Assembly: GCF_006345805.1 (NCBI RefSeq)
Contig: NC_043004.1
Span: 40,734,001-40,798,000 of the forward strand
DNA from: Octopus sinensis
Lineage: Eukaryota
Length of the DNA: 64,000 nucleotides
Direction: 5' to 3'
The notes below the pieces were generated by a model. It had not been told where the DNA came from and did not search any database. It saw only the letters and a program-made list of their open reading frames with translations. This document shows, piece after piece, positions 38,258 through 50,575 of this stretch (positions are counted from its first letter, which is position 1; every line of letters begins with the position of its first letter). Both the position numbers and the translations under genes were made by a program.

Positions 38258-39115
38258 CGAGGGTAGGGTGAAAAATTCATAGGCTGACAATGAAGGAGTG
38301 ATGTTAAAACTGTGAAATGCATTACGTTCAACTCTTATTTAATAACTGTGTGGCTTGTTTCCAGGCAAACCCACATCTGATCAATCAAAGGAGACTTCAA
38401 AAGTAACTAGTCATGACTTCTCTTGAAAATGGACAAAATTTGGCATCATAGTGTTATCAAGTACCTGCAGAAAAAGGGCTTAGCCACCAAAGACATGCAT
38501 GCTGACATGGTTACTACATTAGGGGATTATGCTCCATCTTTAACCCTTTCGTTACCAACCCGGCTGAAACCGGCTCTGGCTCTGTGGTACAAATGTCTTG
38601 TTTTCATAAGTTTTGAATTAAAATCTTCCACCAAACCTTAGTCACAATTTATGTCCCAAACACTAGCTGAATGGTAACCAAGTTATTTTACTAAATTCTT
38701 TGTTATATTTAAAATTAATTGAAAGAAACACAAAGCATCTCAAAATAAATACAATAACGAAAGGGTTAAGATGACCCAGGGTTTGGACGTCCTGCAACTG
38801 CCACCACTGATTGAACATGTTCACCACATGGTAATGGATGACAGGTAATGGACTATAAATCAAATAGCCAATGTTATTAGAATATCCCATGAGATGGTTG
38901 AGAATATTCTGCAGAGTGAACCAGGCATGACAAAAGTTTCTGCTCAGTGGGTCTGACACCTCATCAAAACCGTATCAGGCTGATCACATCATGGGAAAAT
39001 CTGACATTGTTTGAGGCAGATCCAATGGTTTTCTTGAAAGTTTTCCTAACCAGGATGAGTGTTTTCGATGGGTGTGCAGCCCACATTTAGCAGACCTGGA
39101 TTATATTCCCCTGAT
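38258..39115 (+). mobile_element. Second mariner (irritans/Hsmar2-like), internally deleted and interrupted by a MITE
   Basis: TA-CGAGGG terminus; MDKIWHHSVIKYLQKKGL..DMHADMVTTLGDYAPS; after the MITE, GRPATATT...TINQIANVIRISHEMVENILQ...KVSAQW. Confidence 0.82.
38544..38765. mobile_element. piggyBac-like MITE family P1, 222 bp
   Basis: TTAA-CCCTTTCGTTAC ... ATAACGAAAGGG-TTAA; second copy at 60634. Confidence 0.9.
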
Positions 39116-39208
39116 ACATATAAGTATGTATGTATATATAAAATATATGTATGTGTGTATGTATATATATAGACCACGTGTGTACCATTGGATCTTTCAT
39201 TTTCCTAT

Positions 39209-39243
39209 GTTTCTGACAAAGAGCTCCACTTGAAACATTAAAC
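39209..39243 (+). ncRNA. Degenerate minimal hammerhead in a pLTR-like segment (about 39175-39345)
   Basis: GTTT-CTGACAA-AGAGCTCCACTT-GAAA-CATT-AAAC; G8 and stem pairs lost, consistent with CpG decay; downstream CCTGAGCG..AATAC shared with the 2454 element. Confidence 0.5.
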
Positions 39244-39370
39244 CTTCCTTCTTTCCTGAGCGTCCAATAATACTAAACTTGTTCCACGTCCTCACGTTGT
39301 TGTGTTTTCTCTTTGTGTTTTCATGTTTGGATTAACTTTATAATATATAAATCCATCAGATCACACACTA

Positions 39371-39744
39371 TGTAGGACATACCCCTTTGAGAATACCATA
39401 TGCACCAATGATAACTGCATGGTATGTAGGATTAGCCCTGGCATTAACTGTAGATCTCGAAATGTAGTTTACAGCATAAGATGCATAGAAGGTGCTTGTA
39501 AAGACATGAACATTACATAGGGGAAACATCTAGGAGCATTGTGGAACGGATAAATGAACATTTGAGATAATATGACGACAAAAAACAGTCCTCCATACTC
39601 TACCAACATGCCAAAGACGACCACGGAGGCAACTTGGGTCAACTTGACATCCGCATCTTATCCAAGCACCCAAAAGACCCAACACTCAGACAAATACAGG
39701 AGTACGTCCTTATAAATGAAACTTCCCCAATACTAAATAGGAAA
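39371..39744 (+). pseudogene. Second Penelope-type GIY-YIG endonuclease remnant
   Basis: CTNDNCMVCRISPGINCRSRNVVYSIRC / YIGETSRSIVERINEHLR* ... ILYQHAK...DPTLRQIQEYVLINETSPILNRK. Confidence 0.88.
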
Positions 39745-40413
39745 TATACATAGTAGATATCATAACTCCATACCCACAGTTTACACAGGTAGAGTAGAAT
39801 AGTTAGTGGGCTGTTATGTAGATAGATGTATGTATGTATGTGTGTGGGTGGATGCAAGTGGGTGTGTATGCACATTTTCTTTTTGTATGTAAGCATATGG
39901 ATATGAATATAAACAGATCAACATACAGACGGTTAGGTACATAGGTTATAAGAACAAACAAGCATACATACGCAAATGGAGACTGAAACACATGACCATA
40001 TACACACACACACTTTACTCCACACAAGGGCGCATATGGAGACACAGGTCCACACATATAGAGATGCACATCCATACATACAAACGTGGTACATAGTTGC
40101 AAAACACACACACACACACAGACATGCACACACAAGGAGACAGAGGTGCATACATATCCAAACACACGCTCACACACACACATACATAGAAAATACACAA
40201 ATACAGACATGCAAGCACATGAATATGCAGAATATATACAGATGCACACACATACATAAATATATACATATGCATACACAAACATGCATACATACACACA
40301 TACATGCATATGTACATGCATGCATGCATAGGCACACACACACACACTGACTCACACACATGCGCACAAACAAACAAAAAGGAACGCAGTGTAAATAACG
40401 GACAGAGATAAGA

Positions 40414-40450
40414 CTATTGAAAAGGTTGCAAGACACAACGAAAATTTTAG
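40414..40450 (+). ncRNA. Hammerhead, U3-A8 core, extra base before stem II, AATT stem III
   Basis: CTA-TTGAAAA-G-GTTG-CAAGACA-CAAC-GAAA-ATTT-TAG. Confidence 0.6.
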
Positions 40451-40519
40451 GAAAATAAAAATAAGAAATAAGTGGAAATTTTACCGGTGAGTGTACGTAT
40501 GCCGCTATATATATATATA

Positions 40520-40801
40520 ATACAAAATGGGACAAGAACGCAAAACATCCGGACAACTAGGTGATACAAAAAGGGACAACAAATCATCCAGATAGACAAT
40601 ACAAAAAAACACAAGGACGGGTCAGTCAAAGCTTTCTATCCTCAGTCAAGAACCGGACCATCCTCGCAATTTTGGTTGATTAATCTATAAGATTAATCAC
40701 CCATTGTTGTGTTTTTTTGTATCGTCTATCTAGATGTTTTGTTGTCCCTTTTTGCATCACCTAGTTGTCTGGATGTTTTGTGTTCTTGTTCCATTTTGTA
40801 T
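40520..40801. mobile_element. Foldback element: 95-bp inverted arms, 92-bp spacer, TA-flanked
   Basis: 40520-40614 is the reverse complement of 40707-40801 with scattered mismatches. Confidence 0.85.
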
Positions 40802-41422
40802 TTTATATACATAAATTTCATAAACTACAGAATATAAATATCCACACTACTACACTTGAAACATACCTGTTATAACTCTTTATCTCGATTTGAATGTATG
40901 TGAAGGTATTTAGAATACCCAAGCTTATTTCTGCAAATGTGCAAAACAATGATGCTGATCATAGTTTAATAAATAAGTGTAGGAGCGAGGTAAATGCAGT
41001 AAAAATAGGGAGATCAGTGGGGTCCCATTTGAGCAGCTTTTCAGAATTTGAACCTTCTTACTATACCCCTTGGGTGTTCATGGGATGAAATTCATTATCA
41101 TTGCTCTAGTTTGGTCACCAATACCATGTATTTAGTTGTCTGATTCCTTCCTGCCATTTGGGCTTCCCATTGTGTTAAAAAAAAAATAGGCCCCCTTAGG
41201 ACATTCCTTGGGATTAGGGGAGTTGTTGGTTTGAGTTTCATTGTCCTTGCACCAACAGTCAAGGAGGAGTTAACAAACATCACTCAAATTTATAATAGGA
41301 TATATATGTATGCATATATATAGAGAGAGAGACAGACAGACAGACAGAAAGACAATGAGTTTGATTTACAGAATATATATACATAGAAATAAAGGAAAGG
41401 CAAAGACTGAAAGATATATGTA

Positions 41423-41720
41423 TCTATTATATAAAATCCGTTCTGTCTGTCTGTGTGTGTGTGTGTTTTCTAGGATCTCGGGCATCATCCATCCGATTGA
41501 GCTCAAATTCGATATGTAGATACCGACAGTATCAAGGCATGTATATAAGTTTTGAAAAAATTACAAAAATCGATTCCAGGTGAGAATGCGATCGATAAAG
41601 CCGTGGGAACGTGCATTTGTACGTGCAAGTACATCTGCTGTTGTGATTGATACTACGTGTACACGAGAAAAATGCACGTGCAGTTTGCGCAAAAAAATCA
41701 TCGTGCTTTTCCATCTAGAT
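41423..41720 (+). mobile_element. Non-autonomous Helitron-like 5' end
   Basis: A|TCTATTATATAAAATCCG followed by (TGTC)n/(TG)n, typical of invertebrate Helitron-like elements; 3' boundary uncertain. Confidence 0.5.
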
Positions 41721-42155
41721 TTACCTCCAGCTTGCCCATTTGCATGCATCGTTTTTGTCCTGCTTTTCTTCCATCAACTTGTACATAACTGCACCTTCCA
41801 TTTTTTGTTGTTTTTGTACTACTTAAAGGCACGTTTCTTTCCTGCCAAGCTTACTGTTTAAACCATGTTTGTGTTCTCCCTGTCAACAGCCTTATCATTA
41901 CTGGTACTTTAAATTCTTCGGTTGCATATTTGTGTGAATAAAATCGTTTTTCTTTGGAATAGAAAAAAGTCTATCTTTATTTCTTCTTTTGCTGGTGTCT
42001 CAAATTTAGGTTATATCAGTGTTTCTCGAAGGGGAGGCCTTTCGGACGGTCAGACAAGTTGTTTTGAGAAAATTTGGTTTAAAAGTTTGACAACTCAGCT
42101 CAATCCATTGGACGGGGGCCATTTTGCTTGTATATATATATATATATATACACAC

Positions 42156-42207
<52 letters not shown>

Positions 42208-42234
42208 ATACATATATATATACATACATACATA

Positions 42235-42271
<37 letters not shown>

Positions 42272-42357
42272 TCACTTAGGTTCTTGGGATAGAACTTTCT
42301 ATAGCCATCGACTTAAACTTTCTCACTCATAATGCCTTTAGTGCACTTTGTAGACAG

Positions 42358-42438
42358 GGCTCTGATGAAGCTATATGATGTTATCCCAGTATTCAACCAA
42401 GGGTTTACCACATCTTGTAACTGAAACAGCTGTAAGCT
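42358..42438 (+). ncRNA. Type I hammerhead with fully canonical core and long stem II
   Basis: GGCT-CTGATGA-[AGCTATATGATG...CATCTTGTAACT]-GAAA-CAGCTGTA-AGCT; predicted cleavage after 42434 (GUA). Confidence 0.78.
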
Positions 42439-42490
42439 AATGAAGTTCATTATGTAACATTTGGTTTTTCCAGCGTCGTCTCTTTGTTTT

Positions 42491-42562
<72 letters not shown>

Positions 42563-42824
42563 ATATGTATATATATATATCTGAATGTGTTCATTCCCCT
42601 TTATTCAGCAGCAATTATTACCACTGATTAATGCTGATGGTTTCAGAAAACAAGGATAACAAAATAATAAAATAAGTACCAAAACATGTACATATGAATT
42701 TGTATGTATGTGTATGAATTAAATATCTAGATAATATATAAAAGTTTTGTAAAGTTTTTAACATTGGAAACTTATAGCGTTCACCATATTGGGTGATTCA
42801 TTTCATATTGTCACTCTCTCTGCT

Positions 42825-43260
42825 GTACCCTGAGAGCTACACACACCATTGTTCATGCACAAAACGACTCAGAAAGAACAGACCTGGTTTTACTGAATGA
42901 TTGGCATTCAGATTTGTTGACTGTCATTGTGAAAGTCACTCAAAGTGGAAGCACTCGTAGAGTGGTGTCAGAAGGTCTCAGTTTAATTCTTGGTTCAATA
43001 TTCTTGGTTTTCTATAATGTTCGCCTTCAATAACAATGTTGCCTTCAATCATGCATTCATGGAAGTCGGTTATTCACATTTTTGTTCCATTCAGCTTTTG
43101 TAAAGTCCATTAGCATTATTTAAGTTTTACAGTAGCATTACGACTCGTTCCTTCCTTGAGGCCAAAGTAGAGAATGTACTTCTCGAAAGTAACAGTCTTT
43201 TAGGAACTCCATTGGATAATGGTAGTGAGTGGCTTCATCATTTCAGAAATCGATGCTATG
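42825..43260 (-). pseudogene. Helitron RepHel PIF1-like helicase C-terminal remnant
   Basis: VMLL*NLNNANGL..NGTK; PRIKLRPSDTTL...VTFTMTVNKSECQS; HEQWCVALRV resembles IPRI.L.PSD / FAMT.NKSQGQS / HGQLYVA.SRV. Confidence 0.72.
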
Positions 43261-43469
43261 TGATTGCTTCTCCATCAAATATGTTGATCATTTCGCTCAT
43301 GTCAGGCTCACGATCATGAGGTAGTGAGTTCAATTCCTGGACCAGGCTGTGTATTGTGTTTTTAAGTGTCTTGCTTTAGTTTACCTTGCTCCAGTTCACT
43401 CAGCTTTACCTTTCTCTTGGATATCATCGGTGAGCATGGAGAGAGGAGAATGGTATGCATAGAAGGGAC

Positions 43470-43660
43470 AAACAAGGGCAGACATAGGTATTAAGTTGAT
43501 TACATCGCCCCCAGTGCGTAACTGGTACTTAATTTATCGACCCTGAAAGGATGAAAGGCAAAGTCGACCGTGACGGAATTTGAACTCAGAACGTAATGGC
43601 AGACGAAATACGGCTACGCATTTCACCCGGCGTGCTAATGTTTCTGCCAGCTTGCTGCCT
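43470..43660 (-). mobile_element. SINE family B
   Basis: Match to other copies. Confidence 0.85.
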
Positions 43661-44420
43661 TAAACAGTATTTCTTTTGGCTGTTTACACGGTGAGTTCAA
43701 ATTCTATCAAGGTCAGCTTTACCTTTCATCCTTTTGGGATCAATGAAATAAGTACCATTGTAATTGACCAGCTCCCCCCCACAAATTTCAGGGCCCATGC
43801 ATATAATAGAAAGGGTTATTTATAGCTTCATTAATATTTAAACAGTGAGTTGATAGTTATATCTTTCATGGAAAGATATAACGATTTGTGAGAAATCCAA
43901 TAAGCTGGTGCTTTCAAAACAAAAATACCTCTTGTGGTATTTGTTCAGCCTGAATTACATGGACACTCCCATGTCGCTCTTACCATTGTCGTTGCTGCAA
44001 ACCAATGATTGCTGTATTGGAAACCTGTAACCAGAGCTGCTGTTGTGTACAAAAATTAGATGTATAAAATAAATTTCAAAAAAATAACACTTAGCAACAT
44101 GGAAAACAGTTGTTAAGCGGGAGTTAATAATGGTGGTAACACTCGCTGTAGTTATGATGATAGGATAATAATAGTCATACTGCTGCAGCTAGTGGTCGTG
44201 GTGGTGACGGCAGTGGTGGTGTGGGTGGCAGTATTGAATATGAGGAGGAGAATGACATTTTTTCCTGTTTTCTAATTATCAATTTAATTTACTTCTGGTC
44301 TTTAATTAAAGTTGTGTCACAAAGATTTTGTTGTTCTTCTTTATTCTTTTTATTTCCTTTTTCTTCTTTTTGTGTCATAATCCTTTTAAATATATACATA
44401 CATATATGTGTGTGAGTGCA

Positions 44421-44458
<38 letters not shown>

Positions 44459-44879
44459 TACACATATATATATTTAATTACTATCAGTCTTTAATAACTG
44501 TCTGTCTTGTCCTTGTGGCTAATAAAGAAGAACATTGCTCATTTTTCTTTTTCCTCTCTAATCTGGTTTTTAAAAAAATCCTTTACTGTAGCAGCACCGA
44601 TAATTAACTTAGACAATAATTTCAGGAAGAAAACAATCAATAATATACTGTGTATGTGACCTTTTCAGGATTGGAAATCTCATACTGTATGCCAGCATCT
44701 TTAGTAATTTTCACTTAGTAACTTTTCCAGTCATCTTTAAGTGCTATATTCATGCACACATACACACACACACATTCTCAGGTTAGCATTGAACTCGGTG
44801 TCTATTTCACCAAAGAAGCCTCTATATAGTCATTTGATATAAATCATTGGAAGAGTCTATATGTGGACATTTGATTTTC

Positions 44880-45165
44880 TAAAAAAATTCGAGCGAGGTC
44901 GTTGCCAGTACCACATGACTGGCCCATGTGTAAAAATTCAAGCGAAGTCGTTGCCAGTACCACCTGACTGGCCCCTGTGCTGGTGGCACGTAAAAGCACC
45001 CACTACACTCTTGGAGTGGTTGGCATTAGGAAGGGCATCCAGCTGTAGAAACTCTGCCAGATCAAGACTGGATCTTGGTGCAGCCATCTGGTTTGCCAGC
45101 CCACAGTCAAACCGTCCAACCATGCTAGCATGGAAAGTGGATGTTAAACGACGATGATGATGATG
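44880..45165 (+). mobile_element. RTE 3' tail fragment
   Basis: Conserved tail and (GAT)n. Confidence 0.85.
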
Positions 45166-45904
45166 ATGAACATCTGAATCTCCTTCAAAGCACACTGTAC
45201 CATCTTAAAAGAAAAGAATGGCTCATTAAGTAAGAATTTCTCAAACAAAAAAAAGACAGGATGGTCATGGCTGGAATGGTTTTGATAGTAGGTCTTCTCA
45301 ATCAGTGTTGACCCAGGGATAAGCAACAACATGCTAAACATGGCAGCCAAATCTCCTGTACTAGATTTCTCTCTGTCATATATTTTAAAGGTATATCATT
45401 GGTCTACTTTAAGATGAACTGACTTACAGCAACAATAGCCACCCCACTTCACACTTCAATCCAAGATTCTATAGGGAGGTCGTTTGAGGTCATTAGACTT
45501 GCTAAAAATAGCAACTAAATCTTCTCGTGTCACATAGTTCTTAAAAAGAGGAAGGACACATTGGATAACACAGTTCTATAGCAGTGATTTCCATCCTATC
45601 TTCCTTTGTGTAATGTACCCAACAACCTTAGCCATTGGATGGATAGATTACAGGAAGGCTTATAACAATGTACCACACAGGTGGCTCTTGGAGTGTCTGA
45701 GGGTGCTTGGATTTGATGAGGAGATAAACAACTTTTTGGAAAAAGCAATGAGAGTGTGAGAAGTAGAACTGACATGGGCAAATGAATCACTAGGAAACGT
45801 AAAGATATACGGGGGCACTTTCCAGGGAGAATCTCTCTCTCTGTTACTCTCTTTGTCATTGCATTAACCCCTCTGACAAGTATACTGAGAACTTCAAACC
45901 ATAG

Positions 45905-46270
45905 GCACAGGAGTGGTTGTGTGGTAAGTAGCTTGCTTACCAACCACATGGTTCTGGGTTCAGTCCCACTGCGTGGCACCTTGGACAAGTGTCTTCTACT
46001 ATAGCCTCGGGCCGACCAAAGCCTTGTGAGTGGATTTGGTAGACGGAAACTGAAAGAAGCCCATCGTACACATGTATATAAATGTATGTGTGTGTATGTA
46101 TTTGTCCTCCCAACATCGCTTGACAATCGATGCTGGTGTGTTTACGTCCCCGTAACTTAGCGGTTCGACCTAAGAGACTGATAGAATAAGTCCTAGGCTT
46201 ACAAAGAATAAGTCCTGGGGTCGAATTGCTCGACTAAAGGCGGTGCTCCAGCATGGCCACAGTCAAATGA
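45905..46270 (+). mobile_element. SINE family A, complete
   Basis: Head, body and tail all present. Confidence 0.88.
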
Positions 46271-46479
46271 CTGAAACAAGTAAAAGATTAAGAGTACTAT
46301 ATACAAAAAAAAAAAAAGAGAAAGACCAAGATTTCTTGATCTAAACATTGAAAGTAATCAGTAAAGATACTGGAAAGTTGTTTGGGGATAATTAAGTGCT
46401 AATTAGGAAGAGAAGCCGGAAGATAAACTCTGATGGTATAAAATTAGCATATAACTACATCGTTAGATCATTGTGGAAT

Positions 46480-46860
46480 AATGAGGATACAGATACCTAG
46501 GAGTGCTGGAAGATGATTTTGAAATTCCCTATGATAGCAGAGGTGATACCAAACAGACTGAAAAAATTGAGAAATCTTAGGATTTAGCAAGAGAGTCAAA
46601 GAAACCATGCAAAACTAAAACAACTATTACGCCTGTAGTAGTTGGTGTACTTGGCACAAAGTCCAAAATGCTACCATGAAGACTGAAAGAGACTGGAGTT
46701 GAAACTTGCATTATCGACCTGTGGAAAAAGTACCATCCTATAGTCTACAAGGGTCCTAACGAAGATTCTTAAGATTTGAGGAGACTTGTCACCAAACCTC
46801 AAGATAAAATCCTTGCTAATTGAATTAACCTGTATTAGCTTCATAATAATAATAATAATC
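46480..46860 (+). pseudogene. R4/Dong-clade LINE 3' end (RLE domain remnant) with (TAA)n tail
   Basis: GYRYLGVLE; DFEIPYDSR.DTKQTEKIEK..DLARE...PVVVGVLGT...RVLTKILKI*. Confidence 0.72.
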
Positions 46861-47560
46861 TTTTCTACTAAAGGCACAACACCTGAAATTTTGGGGGAGA
46901 GAACTAGTTGATTACATCAACCCCAGTGTTTCACTGGTACTTAATTTATCGAGCCCAAATGGATGAAAAGTAAAGTCGACTTTGGTGGAATTTGAACTCA
47001 GAATATAGCAATAAGCAAAATACCTATTTCTTTATTACCCACAAGGGGCTAAACACAGAGGGGACAAACAAGGACAGACATAGGTATTAAGTCGATTACA
47101 TCAACCCCAGTGCGTAACTGGTACTTAATTTATCGACCCCGAAAGGATGAAAGGCAAAGTCGACCTCGGCGGAATTTAAACTCACAACGTAACGCAGACG
47201 AAGTACCGCAAAGCATTTCGCCCCGCGTGCTAATGTTTCTGCCAGCTCGCCGCCTATAGCTCGGCACCTATAGCTCGCCGCCTTAGCAAAATACCGCTAA
47301 GCATTTCATCAAGTGTGCTAATGATTCTACCAGCCCTTCACATAATAATAATAATAATAATTTCAAGGACTGCAATGTTGGGGGAGGGAATCAGTCGATT
47401 ACATCACTTCCAGTGTTTAACTGGTACTTATTTTATCAACCCTGAAAGGATAAAAAGCAATGTCGACCTCAGCAGAATTTGAACTCCAAACATAGCAACA
47501 GATGAAACACCACTAAGCATTTTGTCCGGCATGCAAATATTTCTGCCAACTTGCTGCCTT
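46860..47560 (-). mobile_element. Three SINE B copies, same orientation, in (TAA)n
   Basis: Repeated family B body. Confidence 0.8.
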
Positions 47561-47645
47561 ATATTATTATTATTATTATTATTATTATTATCATCATTAT
47601 TATTATCATCATTATTATTAGTATTATGATGGCAATGGTGACGAC

Positions 47646-47697
<52 letters not shown>

Positions 47698-47709
47698 TGG
47701 TGGTGGTGG

Positions 47710-47744
<35 letters not shown>

Positions 47745-47746
<2 letters not shown>

Positions 47747-48425
47747 AATTCTAAAATACATCAGAACAAAAAACATCACAGAAACAAATAATTTGATCAA
47801 GGCAGCAAGTATTGTTGTAGCAAAAACTGTGGGTGTTGATGTCAAGAAAAAGAACAATAATGGGAGTGACAAAAGAAAAGATCCATGGTGGGAAAGAAGA
47901 ATATGGGCAGGATTAGATATGCTCTCAAAGAACTTTTCTGTGTTAGACCAAAAAGAGAAAGGGGAGCTTAAAAATGAACAAAATACAGGGCACTGAACAG
48001 GAAGTATGATATTGAAAGAAAGGGCCTGAAAGTGGTAATGGAGGAACTGAAACAGTACCTCGTTGCAAAGAAAGCAAAGATAGTAAGATACGACCAAAGA
48101 ATGAAGGGTTATCACCAGAATAGATTATTTAGAGTAGATCAAAAGAGATTCTACAAAGAAATAAATGGAGAGTGTACAGATGAAATGTTGATACCGGATA
48201 ACGTTAAAAGTCAAAGGTTTTGGAGTAACATCTGGAGCAAAGACAAGGAGCACAAGAAGGATGCTGAATGGTTGCAAGAAATGGAACAAACAGAAATCTG
48301 TCCAAAACAGGCAGAACTAGTCATTTCAGTTAGGGATGTGAAAGAAATCAGCAACAAAATGGGCAACTGGAAGGCCCTGGGACCAGATGGAATTCAAGGC
48401 TACTGGATCAAAAGATTTGGTGAAT
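47745..48425 (+). pseudogene. R4/Dong-clade ORF fragment, pre-RT region
   Basis: DPWWERRI; YHQNRLFRVDQKRFYKEI; FWSNIW; NWKALGPDGIQGYWIKRF. Confidence 0.82.
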
Positions 48426-48769
48426 GTACACAGTATTGGTATACAGAGTATTGCAGCCCTGGGCTAACAAAAAACCTTGTGAGTAGATTTGGTAGATGGA
48501 AACTAGAACACACACACACTACTATATACAGAGTATTGATGCAACCAATCCCAAGACTAACAGAAATATGGCATTTGTCGATTGTTGATTGATCTTGGAG
48601 TGTGACAACATCTATCCATAATTAATTATAAATCAATAACAAATCAGATGATGATGATGCTGATAAATAATAATGGTTTCAAATATTGGCACAAAAGCCA
48701 GCAATTTTGGAGGCAGGGTAAATCATTTACATCAACCCACAGTGATCAACTGGTACTTATTTAACTACA

Positions 48770-49150
48770 AGCGTGGAGGCGCAATGGTCCAGTGGTTAGG
48801 GCAGCGGACTTGCGGTCATAGGATCATGGTTTCGATTCCCAGACCGGGCGTTGTGAATGTTTACTGAGCGAAAACACCTAAAAGCTCCACGAGGCTCCGG
48901 CAGGGGATGGTGGTGATCCCTTCTGTACTCTTTCACCACAACTTTCTCTCACTCTTACTTCCTGTTTCTGTTGTACCTGTATTTCAAGGGGCTGGCCTTG
49001 TCACTCTCTGTGTCACGCTGAATATCCCCGAGAACTACGTTAAGGGTACACGTGTCTGTGGAGTGCTCAGCCACTTACACATTAATTTCACGAGCAGGCT
49101 GTTCCATTGATTCGGATCAACCGGAACCCTCATTGTCGTTACCGGCAGAG
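48770..49150 (+). mobile_element. tRNA-derived SINE family C
   Basis: A box TGGTCCAGTGG, B box GGTTTCGATTCC; head shared with 20400-20690. Confidence 0.82.
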
Positions 49151-49514
49151 TGCTTCTTAATTTAAGTACCCTGAAAGGCAAAGTAAACCTTAGTGGAACA
49201 CTACTACTACAAATAATAATAATAATAATAATGATGATGATGATGAAGATGTTTTCTTTCTTCACCATTAAGGATTTACAAAACAAAAAAAACATTGGGG
49301 ACAGTACTAGACAATACAATGTGGGTTACATAAAGAGGCATATAAAATATTGAAAAACAATGGAAAATAAATTCTAACGATGAGTAATTCAGAAGTGGGA
49401 GACACTGACTACCAGGGCAAGGGCCCGTTCCACATCATTTTCTTTCAATTAATATATTTTTGTTTTTGTTGATCTTACCCTCACAGAACTGTACTCTTTC
49501 TATATATATATATA

Positions 49515-50065
49515 ATCATCATCATTTAACGTCCGCTTTCCATGCTAGCATGGGTTGGACAGTTCGACCGGGGTCTGAGAAGCCAGAAGGCTGCACCAGG
49601 CCCAGTCTGATCTAGCAGTGTTTTTATAGCTGGATGCCCTTCGTAACCCCAACCACTAGTGAGTGTAGTGGGTGCTTTTTACGTGCCACTGGCACGAAGG
49701 CCAGTTGAGGCAGTGCTGGCAATGGCCACATTCGGATGGTTCTTTTACATGCCACTGGCACTGGTATCACAACTACAATTTCCATTGATTTTTGATCGAT
49801 TTTGATTTCAATATATGCATGTATGTATATGTGTATGTATGTGTGTGTTTTTGTGTCTGTCACCCATCAACATTTGATAACTGGTGTTGGTGTGTGTGTC
49901 TCCATAACTTAGTGGTTAAGCAAAAGTGAGTGGTAGAATAGGTACCAGGCTTCAAACAAAGAAAAATAAGTACTGAGGTCAATTCGTTTGACTAAAATTC
50001 TCCATGCCAGTGCCCCAGCATGGCCACAGTCTGATGATTGAAGCAAGTAAAAGAATAAAAGAAAA
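49515..50065. mobile_element. RTE tail (-, 49515-49810) and SINE A 3' half (+, 49855-50065)
   Basis: Similarity to other copies. Confidence 0.75.
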
Positions 50066-50200
50066 TAATAAAGAAGTGAATGATAACCAGTGTGCAATTT
50101 TATTGGTATACTGATCCTCCCAAACCACAACATTTCTTTAAATAAATGAAATTACATTAAATAAGAACTTTGCAGAAAACGAATACAAAAAGGAAACAGA

Positions 50201-50231
<31 letters not shown>

Positions 50232-50575
50232 TAATAATAATAATAATAATAATTCATAAAAAAAAAGAAAAATGCAGCAGATGAGGCGGGGGTGGAGGTA
50301 ACATTACACAGATAAGTTACAAAACTGTAGGGGCAGAATATACACTGAATTTGCGAAAACAGAAACAGGAAAAGACTTTGTTCTCTTAAATATACAAAGT
50401 CCTCATATGTGTCTGTACAGTACAGCTTTGTTTATAATGTAATGAGTCATTTGCCTGGAGTCGATAAAATCTGTTGTTTTCACCTCCCAAATTCCTGGCC
50501 TTGTGTCTATGAATGAAATATTTATATTTCTTTCAAATAGACAGTAAAGGCAACCTTCCAAGGAGAATATTTCTT

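Noticed and set aside
40615-40706. CTGAGGA and GAAAG in the foldback spacer as a hammerhead
   Set aside because: No stem II can be formed in type I, II or III topology.
48770-48850. tRNA-like A/B boxes (also in SINE A heads)
   Set aside because: There is no complete cloverleaf; these are SINE heads, not tRNA genes.
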